Shown here: positions 43,779 through 53,867 of the stretch, one piece after another
Numbering within the stretch: the first letter of the stretch is position 1
Layout: the number at the start of each line of letters is the position of its first letter
Source of the DNA: Nitrospirota bacterium
GTDB taxonomy: Bacteria; Nitrospirota; Nitrospiria; Nitrospirales; Nitrospiraceae
Assembly (NCBI GenBank): GCA_963701855.1
Contig: CAVPBK010000011.1
Span: 128,001 to 192,000 of the forward strand
Length of the DNA: 64,000 nucleotides
Direction: 5' to 3'
Notes under the pieces: generated by a model
Seen by the model: only the letters and a program-made list of their open reading frames with translations
Database searches by the model: none
What the model was told of the DNA's origin: nothing
Program-made: the position numbers and the translations under genes

Positions 43779-44293
43779 GGCGCGCCCGATGACGCGGTTG
43801 TGTTCAGCATTGCAAGGGGGGCATGGGAGGGGCTTCGTCGATCGGTCTCGATGGAAGCAGGAGGCGTGACGATCGATACTTCTTCTGAGCAGAGGCTTTC
43901 TTCACCGTTATAGGCACTGACCGCAAAGTAGTAGCGCGTATTAGGTTCAAGGTTGGGGACCGTGGCTGACGGGGAGGTAACACGTAGGGAGCTTTCGTAT
44001 GCACAGCTACCATCTTGCCCTGGTGATTGCCGGCCGTAATGTACGAAATAGGCATGGATTGAAGGGTCTTCAACTGGTTGCCACGCGAGAGCCTTGGTGA
44101 TTTTGGCGGCTGCTGGCGTCGATACCTGGCCCTCGCCGCCGCCACTGTCTTCGCCGCATCCAGTCAGAAGGGGCATCATTGTAAGAAGAAGGGTTGCACC
44201 GATGGCGATTAGGCGTAGCGATCTGCAAGCAGTCTTTGTAACGCTGGTCCGTGGGAAGAAATGTTTGTTGGTCAATGCGCTCATGTGCGCCAA
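43754..44293 (-). CDS. Lipoprotein with fibronectin type III domain
   Basis: Lipobox LTGC; LAWQP...YFVHYG...NLEPNTRYYFAVSAYN. Confidence 0.8.
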   Translation of the reverse strand: MAHMSALTNKHFFPRTSVTKTACRSLRLIAIGATLLLTMMPLLTGCGEDSGGGEGQVSTPAAAKITKALAWQPVEDPSIHAYFVHYGRQSPGQDGSCAYESSLRVTSPSATVPNLEPNTRYYFAVSAYNGEESLCSEEVSIVTPPASIETDRRSPSHAPLAMLNTTASSGAPLLAKLSA

Positions 44294-44714
44294 ATAGAAA
44301 CGAGTATGGTTGTCTGGATTTAGGTTCGGTCTACTTCGTGCGTGATGCTACTCAGATCTGAGACCGCGTGCTTCCGGATAGTTATGGTATGCCCCCTGTT
44401 CGTGGCGTATGAACGAGACGCTCGGGCCTGAAGATGCCGAGTGAACGGTGATCCCCTGTCTCGGCGAAACGCTGGATCAACAGAGGAGTGCGCTCCGACT
44501 AACAGAATGGCTCCGGCTAAGCCATCCCCTCCCATGCCCTCCCGCTTCTCTCAGGAAGAGCGCCGCCATCGTAGGTGTCTTGGAGAGTAGGCCCACAACC
44601 AGTTGGTTTTGAATCCTTCCACAACTCCCAGTGTGACACCATCCAACAACTAGCCCACCCAGACTTATAGCACGCGCAGTATTACGGTCCAGTTAAATGC
44701 TCGTTCATGTTGTG

Positions 44715-44768
44715 TTATGCAGAGCATTGCAGGGGGAAGCGACGGAAGGGACGAATTGAGAGAGCCAT
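44715..44768 (-). pseudogene. PilZ-gene 5' relic
   Basis: MALSIRPFRRFPLQCSA*; homologous to ~49955-49995. Confidence 0.6.
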
Positions 44769-44853
44769 GGGAGCCTTGAGGTAGGCCCAGCCTAGGAGGG
44801 ACACAGGAAACCGCAAGGCGGGTAACTGTGTGTAGAAACTCTACCCGAAGGAC

Positions 44854-45040
44854 TAGGAGCCTGTCCGACATTACCTTCGTAACGAGGCGAAAGAGGCGTG
44901 GCCAGATGGGAGGCCGCAGGCCTGGAAAAACCGGAGATGTATTCACTGGAATACATTGAGGATTTTTCCGGGCCGAGAACGACGCAGATGGTCGCGGATC
45001 GTTCGCCGCAGTAGAACGGTCAATGCCGGACAGGCTCCTA
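44854..45040. mobile_element. MITE with TA target duplication
   Basis: Perfect 14-bp ends TAGGAGCCTGTCCG / CGGACAGGCTCCTA; empty homologous site at ~50064-50100. Confidence 0.88.
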
Positions 45041-45129
45041 GGTCAGGTATAGCAGCGTCAGACCCTACCAAACAAACACGGCAGCCCCAGTGCTGGAACC
45101 GCCGCCCGTGATGATGTTAGGCCTGTGGT

Positions 45130-46110
45130 TTACGCTGTTTTCTTCATCCGCCACGCCGCCAGTCCGATTAGGCCTGCGCCGAGGAGGAGCCACGAGGAGG
45201 GTTCGGGAACGGGAGTCCCAATCGTAAGATTGTCGATTCCGACCGGTGCCGTCGTCCAATCAACAAATTGCAGCCCGGTTACGACAGCGGTAGAACAGGT
45301 ACCCCCGGCGTTGGAAACGTCCATGCACCATAAACCAGTGGAGTTAAAATTGAATGTATTGAAATGTCCGAGGTCCCCCGTTTGAGCCCAGACATGATTC
45401 GTCAAGGTAGTGCCATACGTAGTGCTCGTGGGATTCGGGCAGGCGACGAGCACGCCACACGTTGTCCCAGCAGTAGTACTGGAACCAAGCACCTCGCCAA
45501 AAATCTTCACTGTTCTCCCATCCGAGAGATCAGCAAAAACCTGAATATCAGGAGGATGACTAGAGTTCCAGACGTAAGGGAAAATCTGCCAATGAAAAGC
45601 GACCGCGGAAATTGGATGGGAAAACGACATAACGATACGATCAGCCTGGCTCGCTGTCTGGCTTTGCCAAGCGTTAATGAGATACGTGTCCGATGCGTAG
45701 GCGTGCGTCGCCGTTGCTTGATAGTCGGTTGCCCCATCCGAATTGCCCAGATAGACTTGGTTGCTGGTATTGAAGCTGCCGGTTTGATTCCACCTCGGGA
45801 TCGCTTGATCAGGCAAGGTTTGTATCGATTGGGTTCCCGTGTTCAGCGTAACCGTTCCCATACCCGCAGCCCCAAGGACGCTATTCATGTATGTGGTAAT
45901 GTGACCGTTGTCGGTCGTTGCGGTGCTCGCGCTGCAAGGGTGACCATAGGCTGGCGACGCACATACGGGCGTAATGCTATTAAAGTCAAACGTGACCGAC
46001 GTTGCCTGTGCCGACGCAGCGAGTCCACCCCACATGAGCGCCCCGACTAGGACTCTGGCCGCGAAGCCGTTCCGTGCCATCTGTCGTTCCTTCTGCCTAC
46101 GAGTGCCCAT
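45130..46110 (-). CDS. PEP-CTERM sorting-domain surface protein
   Basis: Signal peptide ending AQA; C-terminal VPEPSSWLLLGAGLIGLAAWRMKKTA. Confidence 0.93.
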   Translation of the reverse strand: MGTRRQKERQMARNGFAARVLVGALMWGGLAASAQATSVTFDFNSITPVCASPAYGHPCSASTATTDNGHITTYMNSVLGAAGMGTVTLNTGTQSIQTLPDQAIPRWNQTGSFNTSNQVYLGNSDGATDYQATATHAYASDTYLINAWQSQTASQADRIVMSFSHPISAVAFHWQIFPYVWNSSHPPDIQVFADLSDGRTVKIFGEVLGSSTTAGTTCGVLVACPNPTSTTYGTTLTNHVWAQTGDLGHFNTFNFNSTGLWCMDVSNAGGTCSTAVVTGLQFVDWTTAPVGIDNLTIGTPVPEPSSWLLLGAGLIGLAAWRMKKTA

Positions 46111-46407
46111 GAGACCCTATTGATTTCATTTCAATTTCTTAGTGTCTCTAGACGCCAATCTACATCTTAGACTTCCTCAACCGCACCCCCCTCACAGGGG
46201 TTACGTAGGTCTACGGGCCAAAGAACAACTCATTTCTTTCATTCACAAGTCTTTTCCCTGACGATCTAACTCCCACCCGCATTGATCGCCCATGCGACTC
46301 GTCACCAAAAACTTGGACATCTCCGCGATCTGATCACAATTGCTCAGCTAACAAGACTCCGGAGAGAGTACAGTGGTCTGAATTCGTTTTATACTCGGGG
46401 AGGCCTC

Positions 46408-46779
46408 ATGGTATCTCTTCCCAAAATCATCGGTGTCATGTGGTGTCCCCTTGTGCTGTGCCTGAGTTTGTCCACTGCCACGCAGGCGGCAGAAAGAATG
46501 AAACCCGACCCCTGCGCTGAGCGGAAAGGCGAACAACCGAATATCGTGAAGTGCAATAAAACAACATGGCACGGCATCGAGACCATCAAGGGCGAAGTCT
46601 TGCGCTTTGATCGCAATAACTTTTTGGTCCAGCGGTTTGACGGGAAGGAAGTACGGTTGCATATCGACCAGGACACCCGGATGACTGAATTCATTGGTCA
46701 AGGTGATCGTATTGAGGCGACAGTGCACGATGTGAACGATCAGAAACTAGTGCTGTCTCTTCGCACGATCGAAAAATAA
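46408..46779 (+). CDS. Secreted hypothetical protein (small beta-barrel-like)
   Basis: GGAGG RBS, signal peptide, IKGEVLR...DGKEVRLHID...GDRIEA. Confidence 0.7.
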   Translation: MVSLPKIIGVMWCPLVLCLSLSTATQAAERMKPDPCAERKGEQPNIVKCNKTTWHGIETIKGEVLRFDRNNFLVQRFDGKEVRLHIDQDTRMTEFIGQGDRIEATVHDVNDQKLVLSLRTIEK

Positions 46780-47150
46780 GACTTAGTGCATCCGGTATGA
46801 GGAAGGCAGGCCAATAGAATCTGAGGTTCGCGATGCCCAAGACACTACCTGCCGCCAATTCTTCCGCCACCGCGCATGGTCTATAACGTCTCCAATATAA
46901 TACGAGCCGAACGAACCGATCTCATGCTGAACAGGCCAACCACCGACCAACAACGCCAACGAAGGAGAGTCACCAAGGCTGCCTCCAGGAAGAAGAATCT
47001 CGAACGCCCGTCGCTTTGGATGGCATCCGAGCTAGGCGGAGGGGGGAGCCGCAGGCACGGGCTATGGCTGTCACCCCGTTATGAAAAGGTATGAACAGGG
47101 ACCAGGTCACACTCGGTCGATCATCACGGAACCTTCACGGAAGGCACCGC

Positions 47151-47426
47151 ATGACTCCATCCTACTCTCTCACCTATGTGATCAATTTTCGAGATTGTTC
47201 GAACTGCTCAAGGATTCAGAATGCCCAGCCTGGCGAGGAAATCCTGGTTCTTGTTCATCCAGAACAGGAACCCTTGGCTGATCCATTAGGGGCCAAGGGC
47301 AGGCGCAGTCTGGACGGCGCATTGTTCGTTGTCGAACTCACCACGGCAGATGGCACACCGCAGTCCTTCGAATGGGAATACCCGTTACTTAAGCTCGTAG
47401 CCCAACTTCTCCAGCCCCTTCCATAG
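47151..47426 (+). CDS. Hypothetical protein
   Basis: ORF with plausible RBS and a CSNC pair; no family recognised. Confidence 0.45.
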   Translation: MTPSYSLTYVINFRDCSNCSRIQNAQPGEEILVLVHPEQEPLADPLGAKGRRSLDGALFVVELTTADGTPQSFEWEYPLLKLVAQLLQPLP

Positions 47427-47777
47427 CAGCAGTACGTGATTGTCTACCGGCTCCCTGCTCCCGAAGTGACCTTGTATCTTGCGCCACTCACACGGCGGCA
47501 CCGGCTGCGGATCAGCCCGATGATGTCGACGTCGCGGGCAAAGGCGAAAGGGACGCCCGCTTCGTGATTGAAACAGACGCAGTATCGCTTCGCTCCATCT
47601 CACTCTTCACTGTCGTATCTGTAGGCAGATGCCTGCAGCGTCTATCTATCGAGAAATACGACGTTTAACTCAGCAAGCTGCCACAATCTCCTACAGACTC
47701 CCTGCATGTCCTCATCAATCTTCCTCTCGCCACAGCGTATATTCAGGGTTTTTGTTCTGACCCTCCTCTTCCTGCAA

Positions 47778-47793
47778 CGGCACACCCCTTGCG
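47778..47793 (+). promoter_or_regulatory. Sigma54 promoter of the FN3-repeat gene
   Basis: CGGCACACCCCTTGCG (GG-N10-GC). Confidence 0.7.
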
Positions 47794-47953
47794 TAGTTAC
47801 CACAGTAATGGGGTGAATCATCCCTTGCTTCGAGCTCTCCGCGGATGACGGAGTCAGTTCTGCAATCCGACAGAAGCATGTGCAGCTGAGAAGTTAGCTT
47901 CTCCGGGAAGGGTATGCCTGCTGCCGGAGAGAATACAAACTAGGAGTATCTCG

Positions 47954-49442
47954 ATGAATTGGGCGAAAGCCATCGTTGGTGTTGTGCTTGTGTTGTGGTC
48001 GAGTACTGCGTGGAGTGCCACATTGACGTGGAATGCCAACAAAGAACCGGACATGGCGGGCTATCGAGTCTATCAATGTAGTCAGCAACCCTGCACACGC
48101 GCGTCTGGCCATGCGTCTCTTCTGGTCACATTGGGAAAGACGACGAGTTTTAACATTGGAACGCCGGTCGTGACGCACTACTACTTCATTACGGCTTATG
48201 ATTTGGCCAACAAGGAGTCGGGCAGTAGCAACGTCGCGACCTTCACACCCGGCGTGTCCACAGCCCCGCCTCCGCCCCCGCCTCTTCTTGTGTTGTCGTC
48301 GAGTACAGCGGGGGGTGCCACGTTGACGTGGAATGCCAACAGTGACCCCGACCTGTGGGGCTATCGCGTCTATCAATGTAGTCAGCAACCCTGCACACTC
48401 GCCTCTGGGCATGCGTCTCTTTTGGCCAGATTTGGAAAGACGACGAGTTATAATATTGGAACGCCGACCGTGACGCACTACTACTTCATTACGGCCTATG
48501 ATCACACCAACAAGGAGTCGGGCAGTAGCAACGTCGCGACCTTCACACCCAACGCGCCTCCGCCTCCGCCTCTTCTTGTGTTGTCGTTGAGTACAGCGGG
48601 GAGTGCCACGTTGACGTGGAATGCCAACAGTGACCCGGACCTGTTGGGCTATCACGTCTATCACTGTAGTCAGCAACCCTGCACACCCGCCTCTGGGCAT
48701 GCGTCTCTTTTGGTCACATTGGGAAAGACGACGAGTTTTAACATTGGAACGCCGGCCGTGACGCACTACTACTTCATTACGGCCTATGATCACACCAACA
48801 AGGAGTCGGGCAGTAGCAACGTCGCGACCTTCACACCCGGCGTGTCCACGGCCCCGCCTCCGCCCCCGCCTCATCTTGTGTTGTCGTCGATAGCGGGGGG
48901 TGCCACGTTAACGTGGAATGCCAACAGTGACCCGGACCTGTGCGGGCTATCGCGTCTATCAATGTAGTCAGCAACCCTGCACACTCGCCTCTGGGCATGC
49001 GTCTCTTTTGGCTAGTTTTGGAGAAACAACCAGTTATCATATTGGATCGCCGACCGTGACGCAGCTATTACTTCATTACGGCCTATGATCACTACTAATC
49101 AGGAGTCGGGCAGTAGCAACGTCGCGACCGTCACACCCGGCGGATAGCCGCCCCCGCCTTGGGGTGAGGCTGAAAGTCGTGGGCAATCCGGGCGCAGGTC
49201 CGTGGGGTATGGTGAGATTCACCACCGACCCACGGAATGTGAGGCTAACGGTACGCTTGGATGGAGTCGTGCATCATGTCGAACATACAGCATCGTATGG
49301 CTTCCCCTCCTCCGACGGCACGACGGCCACAACGGGGCTCTTCGGCATAGGCTCGCATAGGGTGGAGTTCGTGTTTGATGTGGAAGGCACCACGACCGAG
49401 ATCGGAGGGGATAGCGTGACCGTGCACGAAGTGACATCGTGA
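47954..49442 (+). CDS. Secreted protein with four tandem FN3-like repeats and a C-terminal beta-rich domain; fourth repeat frameshifted
   Basis: ATLTWNAN..PD..GYRVY...YYFITAYD..NKES..SN repeats starting at 47987, 48287, 48575, 48875; ORF 49164..49442 follows the last Pro linker. Confidence 0.8.
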
Positions 49443-49666
49443 GGTGGTTATGAGATCGCAACGCGGAGCCCCTTGTACGCACCGATAATCTTTCCATTTC
49501 GGAAATGGGCCACAGGCTCGCCGACTAAGAGCCGGGACATCACGACAGATGGCCGAGACACAAGCCCTTCCGCTCCAGCACTTCCACAATCGCCGCGATC
49601 TCCCACATATTTGAGACGGTGGCTTCTTCGAGAGACATGCTGTCGCGTTTGGGGCGGTCGTTGCTC

Positions 49667-49995
49667 AGGGGATGTTTTCACCGGATTCCTGTACGACTCA
49701 TTTGATTACATGCTCCACCCGACTATGCGTCTGCTTCTCAACCGCCAAATTTTCCAGGCCGAACTCCTGGCCCCGGACCCAGCGCACCATCGCAGCAGCC
49801 ACAAAGATGCGTTCTTCGTTTGGCAAATTCACGGTTAAGGAACACGTAGGCCCAACTTGTAGGGAACATCGCCCGAGAGTTTCCAACCCGCTCAACGAAA
49901 AGTTCCAGACAATGCCTTGTCCTTGGAATGGTCCAGCGTTGTACGTAACCGCACTGCACGGGGAAGCGACGATAGGGACGAAGCGTGGGGGCCTC
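49667..49995 (-). pseudogene. PilZ-domain gene, degraded
   Basis: RPYRRFPVQC / VTYNAGPFQGQGIVWNFSLSG / WKLSGD / VRWVRGQEFGL pieces in shifting frames; premature TGA at 49698. Confidence 0.75.
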
Positions 49996-50163
49996 GCAGG
50001 GAGGCTCGGTGTAGAGGGGAAGGAGTAAGCCGCAAGGCGGGTTACCGTGAGTGGAACCACTAACCGAAGGACCATATCGGTTATAGCAGTGTCAGACCCT
50101 GCCAAACAAAAACGGCGACCCCATCGCTGGAACCGCCGTCTGTGATGACTGTAGGCTTATAGT

Positions 50164-50829
50164 TTACGCCGATTTCTTCAGCCGCCACACCGCCACGCCC
50201 AAGAGACCACCACCAAGGAGGAGGAGGAGGAGAGAGTCCGGTTCTGGGACTGCGGTGCTTGCCGTGCCGCTCATTTCGACACGAAGCGCGGTAGCGTTAG
50301 CGCTGGTGCCTGAATTATTCACCAGAAAAGTGAGGGTGTTCACCCCTCCATTAAAGCCACTGTTAATCGTGAAAGGTGTAAATGCCGTGAAACTTCCACT
50401 TGTGAGGAAAAGCGGGTTCCCGTTGAGGAACATATTTACCCCCACGTTGTCTGTTGCCCAATTCCCTGTCACCACAGCTGTACTCGGATTAAAGCCCGTC
50501 AAATTGAAGGTGGTCTGGTAGGAGTAGTTCCCCACAGGTGAAACTAGATTGTGAGCGTTATTTGGCCCGATCCAGGTGGAGGATGCGTTATCGCCAAGAT
50601 AATGATTAACGGGAAAACCACCGGCAGACGTCCTGATCAGGGTAACCGTCGAGCTGCCGGTTGGAACCGAAGTCAACGTATAGTGAGGATCGGGGTTCGT
50701 GCCATCCGACAACACCGTGTGCGACGCATCCACGCCCGTATTGTATATAGATGTAATGGAGGTTGCCTGCGCTTGAGCCGCCCACAAACTCAATAGACAT
50801 ACTCCACTCAACCACAATGCTTTCTTCAT
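50164..50829 (-). CDS. PEP-CTERM sorting-domain surface protein
   Basis: Signal peptide ending AQA; C-terminal VPEPDSLLLLLLGGGLLGVAVWRLKKSA. Confidence 0.94.
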   Translation of the reverse strand: MKKALWLSGVCLLSLWAAQAQATSITSIYNTGVDASHTVLSDGTNPDPHYTLTSVPTGSSTVTLIRTSAGGFPVNHYLGDNASSTWIGPNNAHNLVSPVGNYSYQTTFNLTGFNPSTAVVTGNWATDNVGVNMFLNGNPLFLTSGSFTAFTPFTINSGFNGGVNTLTFLVNNSGTSANATALRVEMSGTASTAVPEPDSLLLLLLGGGLLGVAVWRLKKSA

Positions 50830-50948
50830 GATAAAATCCTCCCCCAGAAACGTCTGCTAAAATAACCCTCGATCCATCAGAGTGCGAAGCGAATCTTCTT
50901 TCGGTTGAGTTTCCTGCTTAGGACCCAGGAAAATCTGAACACATGCAA

Positions 50949-51033
50949 TGCAAATTTGTGTCCATCATGTAAGTGATTGATTTATCACTGAAGACAATTC
51001 AGCCACTTCGTGAATGTGTCAATGCTTTTGACA
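50949..51033 (-). promoter_or_regulatory. Sigma54 promoter, IHF site and TGT-N11-ACA enhancer for the PEP-CTERM gene
   Basis: TGGACACAAATTTGCA (50949-64), AATCAATCACTTA matching WATCAANNNNTTR (50970-82), TGTCAATGCTTTTGACA (51017-33). Confidence 0.7.
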
Positions 51034-51194
51034 GTATTCCACACATGCCTGGCGTAAGTGGCACAATTGCCGCGGCGTAAGACGCATAACTAATTGAAAT
51101 AACACATGCATGCAGCGCAACTCCCCTTTCAGACCGTGCTCACAATACTGTAAAGAATACTGACAGTCACTGACCGGGTCTTTACAAGACACCG

Positions 51195-51351
51195 GCGGAA
51201 CGGCACGCCTTGGACTAAGACGTTGTGCTCAATATGTGTCTGCGCTGTATAAGCGACGGGACGGCCAGTGGCAGCATGAGGAATGGTCCCGCGTGGGACG
51301 TGACAGCGCATGGCACGGGGAAACGGCGAGAGGGGGAATCGAGAAGGGCAT
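51195..51351 (-). pseudogene. Third PilZ-like relic with internal deletion
   Basis: MPFSI / RRFPVPCAVTSHAGPF at the 5' end; QTHIEHNVLVQ resembles the 3' end of the 49.7-kb copy. Confidence 0.55.
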
Positions 51352-51542
51352 GGGGGCCTCACAGGGAAATGCAGTAACAGATGATTTGTTAAGTAAGACA
51401 AGCGTACAACTGTTAACTGTGTGATTGCATCTCATCTATTCATTGGAAAGCAAAGGGACGCCTATGTATGATTGATCATTGTCGGTGACGTCCCCACACC
51501 TCGAAAAGCTTCATCACCGTCATTACCGAGAAGTCCCTTTTC

Positions 51543-53825
51543 ATGCGACTTGTAATTTCGACATCAGTAATTGGCATATTGATCACCCTTCTCATCGGCG
51601 GCTGTGACCGGTTTTCTCCTGAATCACAGAAAGCAAAACATCTCGAACTGGCTCAGACCTACTTCGGCAAGGGGCAATACAGCGAAGCCTTAATTGAATA
51701 CAAAAATGTTGTGCAACTCGACTCGAAAGATGCCGATACTCATTACCGCTTGGCCTTGACACACCTCAGGTTAGGCGGGGCGAAAAATCTTCAGGGCGCA
51801 TTCACCGAGCTGAGCCGAACAGTGGAGCTGGACAAGACGAACCGTGACGCCCAGCTCAAGTTGGGTGAACTGTATTTACTCAGCAATGAACCGGCGAAAG
51901 CGCGCGAACAAGCCGACATCGTCCTGGTGTCGGCGCCACAAAATACAGAAGGGCTCATTCTGAAAGGACGGAGTCTGATCAATGAAAAGCATTATGCCGA
52001 GGGAATCGCGGAGCTCAAGAAAGCCATCGAGCTCGATCCAAAGAACATGCGCACGTACATTGAATTGGCTCGGGCTCAAGTCTTTGCGAAAGATCTAGCC
52101 GCGGCCGAGGAGACACTCAAAAAAGCGTTGACGATAGACCCTCGTTCCACGGAAATCTTGGTCGCATTCGGAGATTTTCGCGTAACGACCGGCAAGCCGG
52201 ACCAAGCGGAGATCATCTATAAGCAAGCGCTCGAAATCGCCCCAGACAACGAAGACATGTACTTGAGACTCGCCGGCCTCTATCAGCGCTACGGCAAGTG
52301 GGCCGAAGTAGAAGCCACGCTGCAGAAGCTGGCTTCGGTTAAACCGAAAGACGAAAAACCGCACATCTACTTGGGTGATTTTTTTACCTGGCTTGGCCAG
52401 CGAGAGAAGGCTCTCGCCGGCTATCAGCGTGCAGCAGAACTCAATCCCGGCTCGACCGTCGCCCGTGACAAGTTGATTTCACACTATCTCGATAGCGGGA
52501 AGGTGGAGGAAGCAGAGGCCCGCACGAAAGCGATTCTGGAAAAGAATAGCAAGGATCTGAATGGACGTTTCTTCGACGCGAGAATCCGATTGGCAAAAGG
52601 CAATGCGGACGAAGCCATTTCTCTCCTCCAGGGGGTGCTAAAAGACGAACCGCAACTCGCAACGGCGCATCACTTCCTCGGCGTGGCATTTATGCAGAAG
52701 GGCCAGACTGTTCAGGCTCGGGGAGCATTCACAGAAGCGGTGAAGCTGAACCCGAACCTGCCCGAATCCCGCACCGCGCTCGCTGAGATCTATTTGGCCG
52801 ATGGCTCTACAGACATGGCCATCGAACAAGCCCAGGCGGCCATTCAACTGAACCCACGCAACGTGCAAGCAGCCATCATTTCCGGCGATGCGTACCTCCG
52901 GAAGGGAGACTTTGCCAAGAGCAGGCAGGTCTTCGAGGCTGTCGCGCAGGCCCTGCCAAAAGAAGCCGTCGGTCCCTACCGTCTCGGCCTCGTAGCCCGC
53001 GCCGAGAAAAACAATGCCAAGGCGTTGGCCCACTTCGAAGATGCGCTCATCAGAAAGCCGACGGCCATCGATGCATTGGCCCAAATAGCCATGATCAAGA
53101 TCGCGCAAGGGAAAGCGAACGAAGCCCGAGAGCGGGTGAATAAGCAAATGGACGCTTCTCCGAACAACCCTTTCCTCTATAACCTTCTGGGCCAACTCTG
53201 GATGCAAGCCGAAGACCCGGGGCAGGCAGAAACAGCCTTCAAGAAGGCGCTCGAACTCGACAATTCCTTCCTAGCTGCCTACATGAACCTAGGCCAGGTC
53301 TATCACATGGCGGGCAAGACGGATCAGGCCGCCAAGGAATTTGAAGCCGTCCTCGCAAAGGATCCCAAGGTCATACCAGCCCATATGGTGTTGGGCATTA
53401 TTCATGAGGGTCGCAAAGAATACGATAAGGCGCAGACCCATTATGAGGCAATTCTGAAACTCGACCCTCGGTTCGCTCCGGCAGCGAATAACCTGGCGTG
53501 GATCCTTGTCGAACAGGGAGGCAACCTTGACGTAGCGCTCTCGCACGCCCAGATGGCGCGCGAGCAACAACCGAACGAATCTAACATCGCCGACACACTC
53601 GGATGGATCTATTATAAAAAGAACGCCAATCTCCTCGCCATGAGCCTCCTCAAAGAAGCGGTCGAAAAACTACCCAATGAGGCGGCCGTCCACTTTCATT
53701 ACGGGATGGCACAGCAGAAAAATGGCGACCAGGCCGGAGCAAAAAAGTCGCTCCAAACGGCGCTGAAACTCAGCCAGACCTTCACGGGATCTGAAGAAGC
53801 CAGAAAAACACTGGCAGGTCTATGA
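51543..53825 (+). CDS. prsT: PEP-CTERM system TPR-repeat lipoprotein (PrsT-like)
   Basis: Lipobox IGGC, many TPRs, C-terminal NNLAW...DTLGWIYY; next to prsR/prsK. Confidence 0.82.
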   Translation: MRLVISTSVIGILITLLIGGCDRFSPESQKAKHLELAQTYFGKGQYSEALIEYKNVVQLDSKDADTHYRLALTHLRLGGAKNLQGAFTELSRTVELDKTNRDAQLKLGELYLLSNEPAKAREQADIVLVSAPQNTEGLILKGRSLINEKHYAEGIAELKKAIELDPKNMRTYIELARAQVFAKDLAAAEETLKKALTIDPRSTEILVAFGDFRVTTGKPDQAEIIYKQALEIAPDNEDMYLRLAGLYQRYGKWAEVEATLQKLASVKPKDEKPHIYLGDFFTWLGQREKALAGYQRAAELNPGSTVARDKLISHYLDSGKVEEAEARTKAILEKNSKDLNGRFFDARIRLAKGNADEAISLLQGVLKDEPQLATAHHFLGVAFMQKGQTVQARGAFTEAVKLNPNLPESRTALAEIYLADGSTDMAIEQAQAAIQLNPRNVQAAIISGDAYLRKGDFAKSRQVFEAVAQALPKEAVGPYRLGLVARAEKNNAKALAHFEDALIRKPTAIDALAQIAMIKIAQGKANEARERVNKQMDASPNNPFLYNLLGQLWMQAEDPGQAETAFKKALELDNSFLAAYMNLGQVYHMAGKTDQAAKEFEAVLAKDPKVIPAHMVLGIIHEGRKEYDKAQTHYEAILKLDPRFAPAANNLAWILVEQGGNLDVALSHAQMAREQQPNESNIADTLGWIYYKKNANLLAMSLLKEAVEKLPNEAAVHFHYGMAQQKNGDQAGAKKSLQTALKLSQTFTGSEEARKTLAGL

Positions 53826-53867
53826 GGAAGGGAAGGATCGAGACTGGACTTCACAAGGAACAATTGG

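Noticed and set aside
47805..47953. Leader of the FN3 gene as a c-di-GMP riboswitch
   Set aside because: Hairpins are present but I could not match the conserved class I or II motifs by eye; needs a covariance-model search.
47894..48874. 326-aa Arg-rich repetitive minus-strand ORF
   Set aside because: Antisense of the FN3-repeat gene, which has the RBS, signal peptide and promoter.
47987..49150. Near-identical repeats as a diversity-generating retroelement TR/VR pair
   Set aside because: Repeats are tandem and in frame, differences are not adenine-restricted, and no reverse transcriptase is in the window.
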